Source: Vicinamibacterales bacterium (GTDB lineage Bacteria; Acidobacteriota; Vicinamibacteria; Vicinamibacterales; UBA8438). From it: a stretch of DNA of 64,000 nt. Location: NCBI GenBank assembly GCA_965206705.1, contig CBDBKJ010000006.1, positions 1,849,355 to 1,913,354 of the forward strand. The letters run 5' to 3'. The notes under the pieces were generated by a model. It searched no databases. It saw only the letters and a list, made by a program, of their open reading frames with translations, and was not told the DNA's origin. This document shows, in pieces, positions 18,395 through 28,157 of the stretch. The position numbers and the translations under genes are program-made. How positions within the stretch are numbered: the first letter of the stretch is position 1; every line of letters starts with the position of its first letter.

Positions 18395-19654
18395 ATGCGC
18401 GAACGGCCCTGGCCCCGCATCGGGTGGCGCAACATCGGCCGGAACCCCCGGCGCACGGTGCTGACCGCCCTCGGCCTCGCCGTCGGCTTCTTCGCGGTGG
18501 TCTTCATGATCGGCTGGATGCGGGGGATCACGGCCGAGCTGGTCGAGAACGCCACCTCCCTCGTCAGCGGGCAGATCGAGATCCACCACGCGGAGTACCG
18601 GCCCGACCGGAGCATGTACGACACCCTCGGCGGGCGCGAGGGCGTCGACGTCGAGGCGATGCTGCGGGCCATCGACGACGACGAGGCGGTGACGGCGGCG
18701 GCCCCGCGGGTGTACGCGGGCGGGCTCGTCAGCTCGGGCGAGGCGACCTCGGCGGGGATGTTCATGGGGGTCGACCCCGAGCGCGAGGTGGCGTTGACCC
18801 GCTTCCTCGACGAGCTGGTCGAGGGGCGGCTGCCCGAGCCCGGCCGCTACGAGCTGCTGATCGGCGACGAGATGGCCCGGCAGCTGGCCGCGGGCGTCGG
18901 CGACGAGCTGGTGCTGGTGGGGTCGGCCGCCGACGGCTCGATGGCCAACGACCTCTACACCGTGGCCGGCGTCTTCCGGACCGGGCTGGTCGAGTTCGAC
19001 GCCCGCACCGCGGTGCTGGCCATCGACGATCTGCAGGCGCTGATCTACCTCGACCCGGACCGCATCCACGAGATCGCGGTCGCCACCGCCGATCCGGGGG
19101 AGGCCGACGCGGCCGCCGCGCGGCTCGCCGCGGCAATCGAGGCCGACAGCCGGGAGATCGAGGTGGCGTCCTGGACCGTGCTCAACCCGGTGCTGGTCGA
19201 CTACGTCGGCCTCGCCGAGTCGATCTACTGGGTCTTCATCGTCATCATCTTCGCCATCGCCAGCTTCGGCGTCGCCAACACCATGCTGATGGCGACCTTC
19301 GAGCGGCGGCGGGAGTTCGCGGTCATGCTGGCCCTCGGGGCGACGCCGCGGGCGGTCATGGGCACGGTGCTGTCCGAGGCGGTGGCCATTGGCGTCCTCA
19401 GCCTCGCCATCGGCTCGGCGATCACCTTCCCCCTGATGGTCTGGTGGGCCACCGCGCCCCCCAGCCTGGAGTGGCTCTTCGGCAGCGTCACCCTGCAGGG
19501 CGCGCTGCTCGAGCCCAGCCTGCGGGTCGGCTACGACCCGGCGGGGTGGACCTGGTCGGGGCTCGGGCTGCTGCTGACCGCCCTCCTCGCGGCCATCTAT
19601 CCCGCCGCCAAGGCGGCGCGGGTGCCGCCGGCCGACACCCTGTCGGGGTTGTGA
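18395..19654 (+). CDS. FtsX-like ABC transporter permease
   Basis: RIGWRNIGRNPRRTVLTALGLAVGFFAVV at the N-terminus, a large periplasmic loop, and a C-terminal FtsX 3-TM bundle. Confidence 0.85.
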   Translation: MRERPWPRIGWRNIGRNPRRTVLTALGLAVGFFAVVFMIGWMRGITAELVENATSLVSGQIEIHHAEYRPDRSMYDTLGGREGVDVEAMLRAIDDDEAVTAAAPRVYAGGLVSSGEATSAGMFMGVDPEREVALTRFLDELVEGRLPEPGRYELLIGDEMARQLAAGVGDELVLVGSAADGSMANDLYTVAGVFRTGLVEFDARTAVLAIDDLQALIYLDPDRIHEIAVATADPGEADAAAARLAAAIEADSREIEVASWTVLNPVLVDYVGLAESIYWVFIVIIFAIASFGVANTMLMATFERRREFAVMLALGATPRAVMGTVLSEAVAIGVLSLAIGSAITFPLMVWWATAPPSLEWLFGSVTLQGALLEPSLRVGYDPAGWTWSGLGLLLTALLAAIYPAAKAARVPPADTLSGL

Positions 19655-19656
19655 CC

Positions 19657-20955
19657 ATGCCCAGGCCCTCCGCGCCGGCCCGCCCGATGCACGCCCGGGT
19701 GCTGGTGCTGCTGGCGATGCGCAACCTGCGCCGCCACGTGCGGCGCTCGGTGCTGACGGCGTCGGCGATGCTCGTCGGCGGCGCCCTGCTCATCTTCACT
19801 TTCGCGTTGGGCGACGGGTATCACGAGCAGTGGATCGATTCCGGGGTCCGCCTCGGCGAGGGGCACGTCACCATCGAGCGCCCCGAGTTCCGCGTGAGCC
19901 GGCGCATCGAGGACCGCCTGCCGGCCGAGGTGCGGCGCGCGGCCGAGGAAGCGTTCGCGTCGCCCGAGATCGCGCCGAGCGTGGTGGCGACGACCGCGAA
20001 GCTCGCCGTCACCGGCCTCGCGAGCTCGGCCGCGGGCGCGCGGCCGGCCCAGATCGTCGCGGTCGACCCGGTGGCGGAGGCGGAGTTCAGCCCCATCGAC
20101 GACCGGTTGATCGAGGGACGATACCTGGCGCCCGGCGATCGGCTGGCCGCCTACGTCGGGGTCGAGCTGGTCGACAGCCTCGAGCTGCGGCTCGGCTCGC
20201 GCTTCGTGGTGCAGGCGCAGGACGCCGAGCGGGAGATCGCGGGGCAGCTGCTGCGGGTGGTGGGCATCTTCGAGAGCGGCGTGCCCGAGGTGGACCAGTC
20301 GCTCGTGCACATTCCCCTGGCCACCGCCGCCGAGTGGCTCGGGTCGGCGGGCGACGTCACCAACGTCGGGGTGGTGCTGGTCGACAGCACCGCGACGGCC
20401 GCGGTCGCCGGCCGCCTCGAACGCGCGCTGGAGGGGCCGATCGCCCGCGGGGACGTGCGGGTGATGGGCTGGCGCGAAGCGAACCCCGCCCTCGGCGCGG
20501 CGGTGGCCATCGACGACTTCGGCAACTACCTGACCCAGGGGTTCATCTTCACGATCATCGCGTTCGGCATCGTCAACACCGTGCTGATGTCGGTGCTGCA
20601 CCGCCGCCGCGAGTTCGCGGTGCTGCGGGCGCTCGGACTGACGCCGGGACAGACCGGCACCATCGTGCTGCTCGAGGGCCTGACCCTGACCGCGGCCAGC
20701 GGCTTCATCGGCGTGGGCATCGGGCTCGCCGTCACCGGGCTCATCGCCGCCAACGGCCTGGACTTCTCGGCCCTGATGGACGAGATGACCTTCTCGGGCG
20801 TCCTCATCGAGCCGGTCGCGTACCCGTTGCTGCGGACCGCGCGCATCGCGCAGGTGCTGCTGTTCATCCTGTTCATCGGCGCGGCGGCGTCGGTCTATCC
20901 GGCCCTGCGGGCGGCGCGGCTCGACGTGGCCGAGGCGATGAAGTTCGACCGGTGA
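19657..20955 (+). CDS. FtsX-like ABC transporter permease (second copy)
   Basis: The real start is inside the 1185-aa track ORF, at the ATG at 19657 (LAMRNLRRHVRRSVLTASAMLVGGALLIF). The C-terminus reads EFAVLRALGLTPGQ..., an FtsX motif. Confidence 0.85.
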   Translation: MPRPSAPARPMHARVLVLLAMRNLRRHVRRSVLTASAMLVGGALLIFTFALGDGYHEQWIDSGVRLGEGHVTIERPEFRVSRRIEDRLPAEVRRAAEEAFASPEIAPSVVATTAKLAVTGLASSAAGARPAQIVAVDPVAEAEFSPIDDRLIEGRYLAPGDRLAAYVGVELVDSLELRLGSRFVVQAQDAEREIAGQLLRVVGIFESGVPEVDQSLVHIPLATAAEWLGSAGDVTNVGVVLVDSTATAAVAGRLERALEGPIARGDVRVMGWREANPALGAAVAIDDFGNYLTQGFIFTIIAFGIVNTVLMSVLHRRREFAVLRALGLTPGQTGTIVLLEGLTLTAASGFIGVGIGLAVTGLIAANGLDFSALMDEMTFSGVLIEPVAYPLLRTARIAQVLLFILFIGAAASVYPALRAARLDVAEAMKFDR

Positions 20956-20978
20956 CGCCGGCGATCGCGAGCGACTCC

Positions 20979-21680
20979 ATGACCGACATCGAAACCGCCG
21001 CGGTCCGGACCGACGGCGTCTGGAAGATCTTCCACCAGGAAGCCGAGGAGGTGCAGGCGGTCCGCGACGTCAGCCTGACCATCGGGCGCGGCGAGTTCAC
21101 CGCCCTCGCGGGACCGTCGGGGTCGGGCAAGACGACGCTCCTCAACCTGATCGGCGGCCTGACCCGCCCCAGCGAGGGCCGCGTCGAGGTGGCGGGCCGC
21201 GACGTGACCGCGATGTCGAACCGCGAGCTCGCCCAGCTCCGGCTCGACCAGGTCGGCTTCGTCTTCCAGGCCTACAACCTGCTGCCGGTGCTGACGGCCC
21301 TGGAGAACGCCGAGTTCCCGATGCTGCTCCAGGGCGTCGCCGCCGACGAGCGCCGGGCGCGGGTGCACGAGCTGTTCGAGCGGACCGGCATGGTCGGGCT
21401 CGAGGACCGCCGGCCGGGGAAGCTCTCGGGAGGGCAGCAGCAGCGGGTGGCGGTGGTGCGGGCGGTGGCGAGCCGGCCCGCGCTGGTGCTGGCGGACGAG
21501 CCGACCGCGAACCTCGACTCGGCGGCGAGCGCCGCGCTGCTCGACGTCATGGCCGATCTGAACCGCGAGCTGGGCGTGACGTTCGTCTTCGCCACCCACG
21601 ACGCGCGGGTGATGGACAGATCCCGGCGCCTCGTCCGGATGGTCGACGGCCGCATCGACTCGGACGAGACCCGCGCATGA
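20979..21680 (+). CDS. ABC transporter ATP-binding protein (MacB/LolD-like)
   Basis: Walker A GPSGSGKTT, signature LSGGQQQRV, Walker B LVLADEPT. An alternative GTG start at 20952 overlaps the upstream stop. Confidence 0.9.
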   Translation: MTDIETAAVRTDGVWKIFHQEAEEVQAVRDVSLTIGRGEFTALAGPSGSGKTTLLNLIGGLTRPSEGRVEVAGRDVTAMSNRELAQLRLDQVGFVFQAYNLLPVLTALENAEFPMLLQGVAADERRARVHELFERTGMVGLEDRRPGKLSGGQQQRVAVVRAVASRPALVLADEPTANLDSAASAALLDVMADLNRELGVTFVFATHDARVMDRSRRLVRMVDGRIDSDETRA

Positions 21681-21826
21681 TCCCCCGCGCGCGCGGCCTG
21701 CTCCTCGACGGAGTCGTCGGCGGGGCAGATTGCCGGCATGATCCGCCGCGCTCGAGGCCTGCTGTCTCGGTCGATCGGACGGACAACGGGAAACTCGACA
21801 TGATTCCCCGGGCGCGCGGCCTGCTC
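21677..21826 (+). repeat. Three tandem copies (period 61-62 nt) of the start region ATGATYCSCCGNGCNCGMGGCCTGCT
   Basis: Copies begin at 21677, 21738 and 21800. The first overlaps the ATPase stop (ATGA), the second is out of frame, and the third precedes a proper signal peptide. Confidence 0.75.
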
Positions 21827-23002
21827 GTCGCCGCCGCGGTGCTCGGCCTCGCCGCGATCGGACCGCACCCCGCGCGCGCGCAGTCGAGCTGGCTGACCGG
21901 CTATCTCCAGACAGTCCCGCTCTTCGCCGGCCCGACCCCCTTCACCGACGCCAGCGCCAGCGCCTTCAATCGCCTCCGGTTGACGACCGAGCCGGTCTTC
22001 GGCCCCTTCGCGGTCGAGATCGCCTACGACCACGCCCTCACCGTCCGGCAGGACGCCACCGACTTCAGCCTCCTGGGCGGGTTGGGCGCAGTCCCGGGGG
22101 GCGGCGAGTGGCTCGATCTGCAGCGGACCGTCGTCGACCGGGACCACTTCCAGTGGCATCACCGACTGGACCGCCTCAACGTTGCGTGGCAGCCGAACGA
22201 GACGGTCGAGCTGAGCGTCGGGCGGCAGGCGGTGTCCTGGGGCACCACGCTGTTCCTCACCCCCGCCGACCCGTTCATTCCGTTCAGCCCCGCCGACCCG
22301 TTCCGCGTCTACCGGGGCGGCATCGACGCCGCGCGCGCCCGCATCTATCCCGGCCCCCTGAGCGAGATCGACGTCGTGGTCCGGCCCAGCCGCACCCTCG
22401 TCGGCGAGGAGACGACGGCGCTGGCGCGCGGCCTCACCACGTGGCGGAACTGGGAGGTCTCGGGCTGGGGCGGCACCCTCTACGGCGACGCCGCCGGCGC
22501 CGTCGGCGCCGCGGGGGGACTGGGGGCGTGGGCGATCCGGTTCGAGGCGGTGGTCCGGGACTTCCAGGGCGCCGTCACCGGGCGGGGCACCATCGGCCTC
22601 GACCGGCGGCTGTCGGTCTACGGCCGCGACATGGGCCTCGTCGTCGAGTACCAGCACGACGGGCGGGGCGCCGCCGCCCCGGACGACTTCGCCCGCATCT
22701 TCCAGTCGCCGGAGTTCCTGCGGGCCGAGTACCAGGTGTACGGCCGCGACGAGGCGGCGGTGCAGGCGTCCTACCAGCTCCACCCGCTGCTGAGCGTCGC
22801 CGGCCTCTGGCTCTGGAACATCAACGACGGGAGCGCCATCGTGGCGCCCAGCTTCTCCTACTCGGCGGGGGACGAGACCTCCATCGCCGGCGGGATGTTC
22901 TTCGGCGTCGGCGCCGACACCGTCACCAGCGGCCAGCTCCTGCCCTCCGAATACGGCCTGCTGAGCGCCGTCGGCTACGTGTCGCTCACCTGGTTCTTCT
23001 GA
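21800..23002 (+). CDS. Putative outer-membrane beta-barrel protein
   Basis: Signal peptide MIPRARGLLVAAAVLGLAAIGPHPARAQ, alternating beta-strand-like composition, and a C-terminal ...GYVSLTWFF (terminal aromatic OMP signature). It is the last gene of the ABC cluster. Confidence 0.6.
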   Translation: MIPRARGLLVAAAVLGLAAIGPHPARAQSSWLTGYLQTVPLFAGPTPFTDASASAFNRLRLTTEPVFGPFAVEIAYDHALTVRQDATDFSLLGGLGAVPGGGEWLDLQRTVVDRDHFQWHHRLDRLNVAWQPNETVELSVGRQAVSWGTTLFLTPADPFIPFSPADPFRVYRGGIDAARARIYPGPLSEIDVVVRPSRTLVGEETTALARGLTTWRNWEVSGWGGTLYGDAAGAVGAAGGLGAWAIRFEAVVRDFQGAVTGRGTIGLDRRLSVYGRDMGLVVEYQHDGRGAAAPDDFARIFQSPEFLRAEYQVYGRDEAAVQASYQLHPLLSVAGLWLWNINDGSAIVAPSFSYSAGDETSIAGGMFFGVGADTVTSGQLLPSEYGLLSAVGYVSLTWFF

Positions 23003-23186
23003 CGGCGGCCCCCGGGGGCCGCCATAAGTGCCGATTCGGGGTCGGCGACGCGGTCTGGGCGTCGATCAGAAGGTCGAGATCGAAGGTCGCGCGGGGCACG
23101 CCGTGCAGGACGGCGGCGATGCCGCCGATGACAAGACGGCGAACTTCCCGCCGCCCCGCCCACGATTCCCGTCCGGACACACGCGC

Positions 23187-23942
23187 TCAGCAGCCGCCGC
23201 CGTAGACGCGGTGGACGATGCGGCCCCGGTCTCCGTCGATTTCCACCACCAGCCAGCCCTCGCCTTCGTAGCCGCGGTCGTTCACGACGCCGATGATGAC
23301 GCCGTTATCCAGCCGATAGAAGCCCAGCCAGACGAAGCTTCCGGACAGGGTCGGGTCGTCGGGATCGCTCGAGTCGACCAATCCGAGCTCGGCACTTAGC
23401 CGGTCGAGCTCGGGAATCTCGTCCTCGGCCGACACGACCTCTCGGGGGCGATTGAACGCGACGCCGGCAACCGCGGGGGTCCCCTCGACCCGGAACAGCT
23501 CGCGCTCCTCGAATCCCAGCGCCCACTGCATCATGCAATGGGCTTCTACGAGCAGCAGCCGCGCCACCGTGAGCCCCGCGCCGCGTTCCGTCTGCGAGTA
23601 GAAGCTCCACCCCAGCGGCGCGGCGATTCTGCCGCCCCCCGGATCCCGCATGTCCATGGGCGGCACCGGCAGGGTCCACGAGTCCCCGCCCAGCCAAGGG
23701 GGTGGCCCCACCTCTCCCGTCGGATCGAGAGCGGCGGTCTCTTGGTCGAACGGCGCCGGCCACGGAAGGTCCCACACGCCGCCGTCGTGGCGGGCGATGG
23801 GAATCAGGACGCCGTCTGTCTGTACGACCGCGACCCACAGCGGCTCACGCCCCATCGGAGGCGCGGACGGCTCGGGGCCGCAGGCCAGGCAGACGGTCGT
23901 CAGGCCGATCGCAACGGCACGCAGCACGCCTATGCGTAGCAC
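23187..23942 (-). CDS. Hypothetical lipoprotein
   Basis: Signal peptide with the lipobox-like LTTVCLAC-G. I recognise no family. Confidence 0.55.
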   Translation of the reverse strand: MLRIGVLRAVAIGLTTVCLACGPEPSAPPMGREPLWVAVVQTDGVLIPIARHDGGVWDLPWPAPFDQETAALDPTGEVGPPPWLGGDSWTLPVPPMDMRDPGGGRIAAPLGWSFYSQTERGAGLTVARLLLVEAHCMMQWALGFEERELFRVEGTPAVAGVAFNRPREVVSAEDEIPELDRLSAELGLVDSSDPDDPTLSGSFVWLGFYRLDNGVIIGVVNDRGYEGEGWLVVEIDGDRGRIVHRVYGGGC

Positions 23943-23981
23943 GCGCGAGAAAATCCGTCAAGGAATGCGGCGGTCTTCGAT

Positions 23982-24509
23982 TCAGTAGATGATGAACTCG
24001 AGCAGGTTCTCGTCCGGGTCCCGGATGTAGTGGCTGGTGCCGCCGGCGGTGCCGCCGGCGCGACCGCCCGTGCGGGGCACCGGCCCGACGATGACCTCGA
24101 CCCCGGCCCGCTCCAGCGTCTGTCGCAACGCCACCTCGGTTCCGTCCCAGACGAAGCAGAAGTCGCCGCAGGGCGGCTCGGCCGCCGGAGCGCGCAGCGT
24201 GAAGCTCGGGTCCTGCCACGCCACCGGCCGATGAAAGTTGATCTTGCTGTCGCCGAAGTGCACGGAGCAGATCCGCGGCCCCTCCATCACACCGAAACCC
24301 AGGGCACGGTAGAACTCCACCATGGCGTCGGTATTCCGCATCGGCACCGCAACGTGATCGAACGATCGGATGGGGCCGCCCACCTGCGCGGCCGGGCGCG
24401 CGCCGCCCGCCACCCCGGCCATCGACGCCCCGAGCCCGCCGCCGAGGGCCCCGCGAATGAACCGCCGCCGAGACTGTGTTCGGACCGTTTCGTTGCCCTG
24501 GGTGCCCAT
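23982..24509 (-). CDS. TAT-exported VOC (glyoxalase/bleomycin-resistance/dioxygenase) family protein
   Basis: Start trimmed to MGTQGNETVRTQSRRRFIRGALGG (twin-arginine signal). SFDHVAVPMRNTDAMVEFYRALGF and SHYIRDPDENLLEF are VOC-fold hallmarks. Confidence 0.75.
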   Translation of the reverse strand: MGTQGNETVRTQSRRRFIRGALGGGLGASMAGVAGGARPAAQVGGPIRSFDHVAVPMRNTDAMVEFYRALGFGVMEGPRICSVHFGDSKINFHRPVAWQDPSFTLRAPAAEPPCGDFCFVWDGTEVALRQTLERAGVEVIVGPVPRTGGRAGGTAGGTSHYIRDPDENLLEFIIY

Positions 24510-24619
24510 CGGCCTGCCTCCCTTCGGATGATGCGCCGTCAGTGTACCGTATCGGCCGCCGCGTCGAATCGCCGTCATCCCCTCCACCACCACCGTGTAG
24601 CGCGAGCGCGCCGTACAGG

Positions 24620-24651
24620 CGAAGGGCCGAGCCAATCGAGGCCCGGCCCTT
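24620..24651 (-). terminator. Hairpin downstream of the Mo-hydroxylase operon
   Basis: GAAGGGCCG-N14-CGGCCCTTC gives a 9-bp stem 30 nt past the stop of the FAD subunit. There is no U-tract, so it is only a candidate. Confidence 0.35.
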
Positions 24652-24681
24652 CGGTGGTTCCCGGTCGAACGACGCGGTGTG

Positions 24682-25695
24682 CTACACCTCGTTCATCGGT
24701 TCGTCGCGAATCGACCGCTTCACCAGGTTCTTCATCAGGTTCACCTTGAACCCGTTGTGGGTCAGCGGCGCCACGCCCTGAATGGAGACGTCGCCGGCGC
24801 GAGTCGCGGTCTGCTCGTTGCGGACCTGACCCCGGATGGCGTTCTCGACCGCGGTCAGCCGGACCGGGGTCGGGGCCACGCCGTTGACGACGACGCGCGC
24901 ATCCTGGATGACCCCGCCGCTCTCCTGCAGGGCGGTCGCCACGTTGACGAGGGCGAAGTCCCACGTGTCGCGGTCACGGACCTTCTCGAAGTAGACCCGC
25001 GCCCCGGACCACGTCGACGGCACCCGAATCGACATCAGCAGATCGCCCGGCTCCAGCGCCGTCATCCGCTCGATGTCGATCTCCGGACCGACGAAGAACT
25101 CTTCGGCCGGAATCACCCTCTCCGCTCGACCCCGCCGCACGACCATCTGTGCGTCGAGCGCGACGAGCGCGGGCGCGGTATCGGACGGGTTGACCGCCAC
25201 GCACCGGCTCGCACCGAGAATGCAGTGCTCGCGGTTCATCGCGGTCGGCGGGCTGGCATAGCAGATGTTGCCGCCGGCCCGATAGCAGGTCCACCCGTCC
25301 CGGTAGTACCAGCAGCGCGTGTCCTGCCCCACGTTGCCGCCGATGGTGCCCTGGTTCCGAATCTGCGGCGACGCCGCCGACTTGGCCGCGAACGCCAGCG
25401 CGGGGAACCGCGCCTGGATGTCCGGGTGATTGACGACATCGATCAGCCGGGCCATCGCCCCGATCTCGATCCCGTCGGCCGTCGACCGGATCTCGCGCAT
25501 CGACTCGACGCCACCCAGGTCCACGACCACGCGCGGCCGCTTCACCCGATCCTTGAGCCAGTCGAGCGTGTCGAGCCCGCCGGCATACACCCACGCATCA
25601 GACCCGTGCTCTGCCAGCAACGCCAGCGCATCGTCCGCACTGGTCGGCTGGAACAGCTCGAGTTGAGGTATTACGTCGCGAATTAGCCCCTTCAT
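24682..25695 (-). CDS. Xanthine dehydrogenase-family FAD-binding subunit (CoxM/PaoB-like)
   Basis: AYAGGLDTLDWLKDR...IRNQGTIGGNV are FAD-binding (PCMH-type) motifs. It lies downstream of the Moco subunit. Confidence 0.85.
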   Translation of the reverse strand: MKGLIRDVIPQLELFQPTSADDALALLAEHGSDAWVYAGGLDTLDWLKDRVKRPRVVVDLGGVESMREIRSTADGIEIGAMARLIDVVNHPDIQARFPALAFAAKSAASPQIRNQGTIGGNVGQDTRCWYYRDGWTCYRAGGNICYASPPTAMNREHCILGASRCVAVNPSDTAPALVALDAQMVVRRGRAERVIPAEEFFVGPEIDIERMTALEPGDLLMSIRVPSTWSGARVYFEKVRDRDTWDFALVNVATALQESGGVIQDARVVVNGVAPTPVRLTAVENAIRGQVRNEQTATRAGDVSIQGVAPLTHNGFKVNLMKNLVKRSIRDEPMNEV

Positions 25696-25714
25696 GGTGA
25701 TCGCCTCCCCTTCC

Positions 25715-28156
25715 TCAGACGTGAGCCGTCAGCCGATCGTGACCCGTCGGGGCCTGCTCGAGCTTCGTCAGAATCATGTCGCGTGTTACCGGCGAACGGT
25801 GGAAGTCGCCCTGGCCTTCGCCCAACGACTCGAGAGCGTCGGCGATGGCATTGACGACCGCACCGGACCCGGCGCCCTGCGCCGCCTCACCGATACCCTT
25901 CGCACCCAGCGGGTTGAACGGATCCGGCAGGTCGGCATTGCCCCACTTCATGGGCTGTTCGTGCGGCACGTCGAGCATGGCCGGAGGCCGGTTGCTGTAG
26001 AACCGCTTGGCCACCAGCAGCCCCCAACGCCGGTCGTAGACCCACTTGGAGCTCAGTGCGACGGAGAACCCTTGAATCGCACCACCGAAGATCTGCCCTT
26101 CGTAGGTCTTGGGGTGGAGGATGGTGCCGGCGTCCGACCCGGCCGCGTAGTCGATGACCTTGATGTTGCCGGTCTCGATGTCGACCTCGACTTCCGCGAA
26201 CCCGGCAACGAACGACATCCGCCGCCCGCCTTCCTCGAAGTTGTCCTTGGCGACACCCATGAGCCCCTGTCCGGCCAGCGCGGTCGCCGACGCGGTCGTC
26301 ATCCCATTGATGTCCTCGGGCAACTCATGCCCGTCGAACTTCCCGCCAAGGTCGATGGCCCGCTGCGCCACTCTGGCAAAGCTCAGCCCCTGCGACCGGT
26401 TGCCTCGGCGGTAGACCCGCTCGCCGCTGATCTCGTAGTCCTCGGGAGCACCGCCGAGATCCTGCGCGGCGATTTCGCGAATCTTCTGCGTGGCATCCTG
26501 CACGGCCGCCCAGTTCGCCCGCGTATGGGCGTGGGTCGTCGAGCTGCCGCCCTGCGAAGCGCTCCAGGGCAGATGCAGGCTGCTGTCACCCCAGGCGACT
26601 TCGCACTTCTCCCAGGGCATGTCCAGGCCTTCGGCGGCGGCCCGCATGGTGTCGAAGGTCGACCCGGTCCCGAGGTTTCCGACCCCGGACTGGATATACA
26701 GCCGGCCGTCCGGCCTGAGCACGAACAACCCGTCGACACCGGAGGCGCCGGCCGAGTAGGCGCTCAACGCCATGCCGACGCCGGTGACCTTCGGGCCGTT
26801 GCGCAGGCCGCTGCGCTCCTTGCGCTCGGTCCAGTTGAAGAGCTCGGCGCCCTTGTCGATCGCCTCTCTCGCGAACGCGCTCGACACGTTGCCCTGCTCG
26901 CCGTCGCGCCCCGGCGGGCCGAACTTCGCCTGCCCCTCGGGAGCGTTGATCTTGTGCACGTCGACCTGGTCGAGCCCCAGCTGCTTCGCCGCCTTCTGGA
27001 CGATCGGCTCGAGCATGGTCATCGACTGCACACCGCCCGGCGCGCGCTGCGGCCCCCGCGGCGGGGTGTTGGTGTACACGTTGGTGCCGCGCATGCGGCA
27101 CGCCAGCGGCTGGTAGCAGAGCGACCCGATGCCGGCCACGTTCATGGCGTCGCCGGACCGGCCGTAGGGGCCCTGGTCGCCGATGCCGTGCACGTCGAGC
27201 GCGGTGATGCGGCCGTCGGCGCGCATTCCGAGCCGGATGCGGGCCTGAACGCCGGGCCGGGCGCGGCCGATGGCGTTCTCTTCACGCCGGGTGATGCGCA
27301 TCATCACCGGCTTGCCGATCTTCTTCGACAGCAGGATCGGAATCTGGGCATGCACATAGCCGCTGATCTTGCCGCCGAAGCCGCCGCCGGTGAACTCGTT
27401 GATGAGCACGACGTTGGACGGCTCGATGCCGGCCCAGCGGGCCATCGGGCCCACGCTGCGCGCGGTGCTCTGCACCGACGGATAGACGTAGAGCTTGCCG
27501 CCCTCCCAGTACGCCATCGTCGTCCGGCTCTCGAGCGGCTGGTGCGACGTGGACTGGTTGTAGGAGTGCTCTTCGACGATGACGTCCGCCGCGGCGAACC
27601 CGGCTTCCAGGTCACCGAACGACCACTCCGCGGCCGCCTCCGCCTCCATCGGGATTTCGCCCGCCGCCAGCCCCGCGAGATCGCTGGCGGACCACTTGAT
27701 CTCGCCGATCTCACGACCGATCGTGGTGTTGCCGTCGGTGCGGCCGTTCGGGCCGTCCGGCTTGAGGCTGTCGAGCGGATCGAGCACGAACGGCAGCGGC
27801 TCGAGGTCGATGTCGATCAGCTCGATGGCGTCCGACGCGATCTGCTCGCTGACCGCCGCCACCGCGAGAATCGGCTCGCCCTCGTAGCGCGGCTCGTTCG
27901 TGAGCGCTGCCTCGTTCGGCGCTTCGACCTCGTCCGGCAGGTCATCGGCGGTCAGAATGCCCACGACGCCGGGAAGCGCCAGGGCCGCATCGGCGTCGAT
28001 CGACCGCACGCGGGCGTGCGGCATGGGGCTGACAAGCAGCTTCGCGAACACCATGCCCTCGGCACGGTGGTCCTCGGCATACTTGGAACGCCCGGTCACC
28101 TTCGCGTAGAGGTCGGGCGTCTGATAGTTCTTTCCGAGCAGTTTGTAATCAGCCAC
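25715..28156 (-). CDS. Xanthine dehydrogenase-family molybdopterin-binding large subunit (aldehyde oxidoreductase-like)
   Basis: 813 aa. YAEDHRAEGMVFAKLLVSPMPHARV at the N-terminus, GGGFGGK, and a C-terminal GAKGIGE motif. Confidence 0.9.
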   Translation of the reverse strand: MADYKLLGKNYQTPDLYAKVTGRSKYAEDHRAEGMVFAKLLVSPMPHARVRSIDADAALALPGVVGILTADDLPDEVEAPNEAALTNEPRYEGEPILAVAAVSEQIASDAIELIDIDLEPLPFVLDPLDSLKPDGPNGRTDGNTTIGREIGEIKWSASDLAGLAAGEIPMEAEAAAEWSFGDLEAGFAAADVIVEEHSYNQSTSHQPLESRTTMAYWEGGKLYVYPSVQSTARSVGPMARWAGIEPSNVVLINEFTGGGFGGKISGYVHAQIPILLSKKIGKPVMMRITRREENAIGRARPGVQARIRLGMRADGRITALDVHGIGDQGPYGRSGDAMNVAGIGSLCYQPLACRMRGTNVYTNTPPRGPQRAPGGVQSMTMLEPIVQKAAKQLGLDQVDVHKINAPEGQAKFGPPGRDGEQGNVSSAFAREAIDKGAELFNWTERKERSGLRNGPKVTGVGMALSAYSAGASGVDGLFVLRPDGRLYIQSGVGNLGTGSTFDTMRAAAEGLDMPWEKCEVAWGDSSLHLPWSASQGGSSTTHAHTRANWAAVQDATQKIREIAAQDLGGAPEDYEISGERVYRRGNRSQGLSFARVAQRAIDLGGKFDGHELPEDINGMTTASATALAGQGLMGVAKDNFEEGGRRMSFVAGFAEVEVDIETGNIKVIDYAAGSDAGTILHPKTYEGQIFGGAIQGFSVALSSKWVYDRRWGLLVAKRFYSNRPPAMLDVPHEQPMKWGNADLPDPFNPLGAKGIGEAAQGAGSGAVVNAIADALESLGEGQGDFHRSPVTRDMILTKLEQAPTGHDRLTAHV

Positions 28157-28157
28157 G

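Noticed and set aside
17398-19656. N-terminal ~750 aa of the 1185-aa ORF 17398..20955.
   Set aside because: This part overlaps, out of frame, the well-supported LolA-like and first FtsX genes and is Arg/Gly-rich nonsense. Only the portion from the ATG at 19657 looks like a real FtsX permease.
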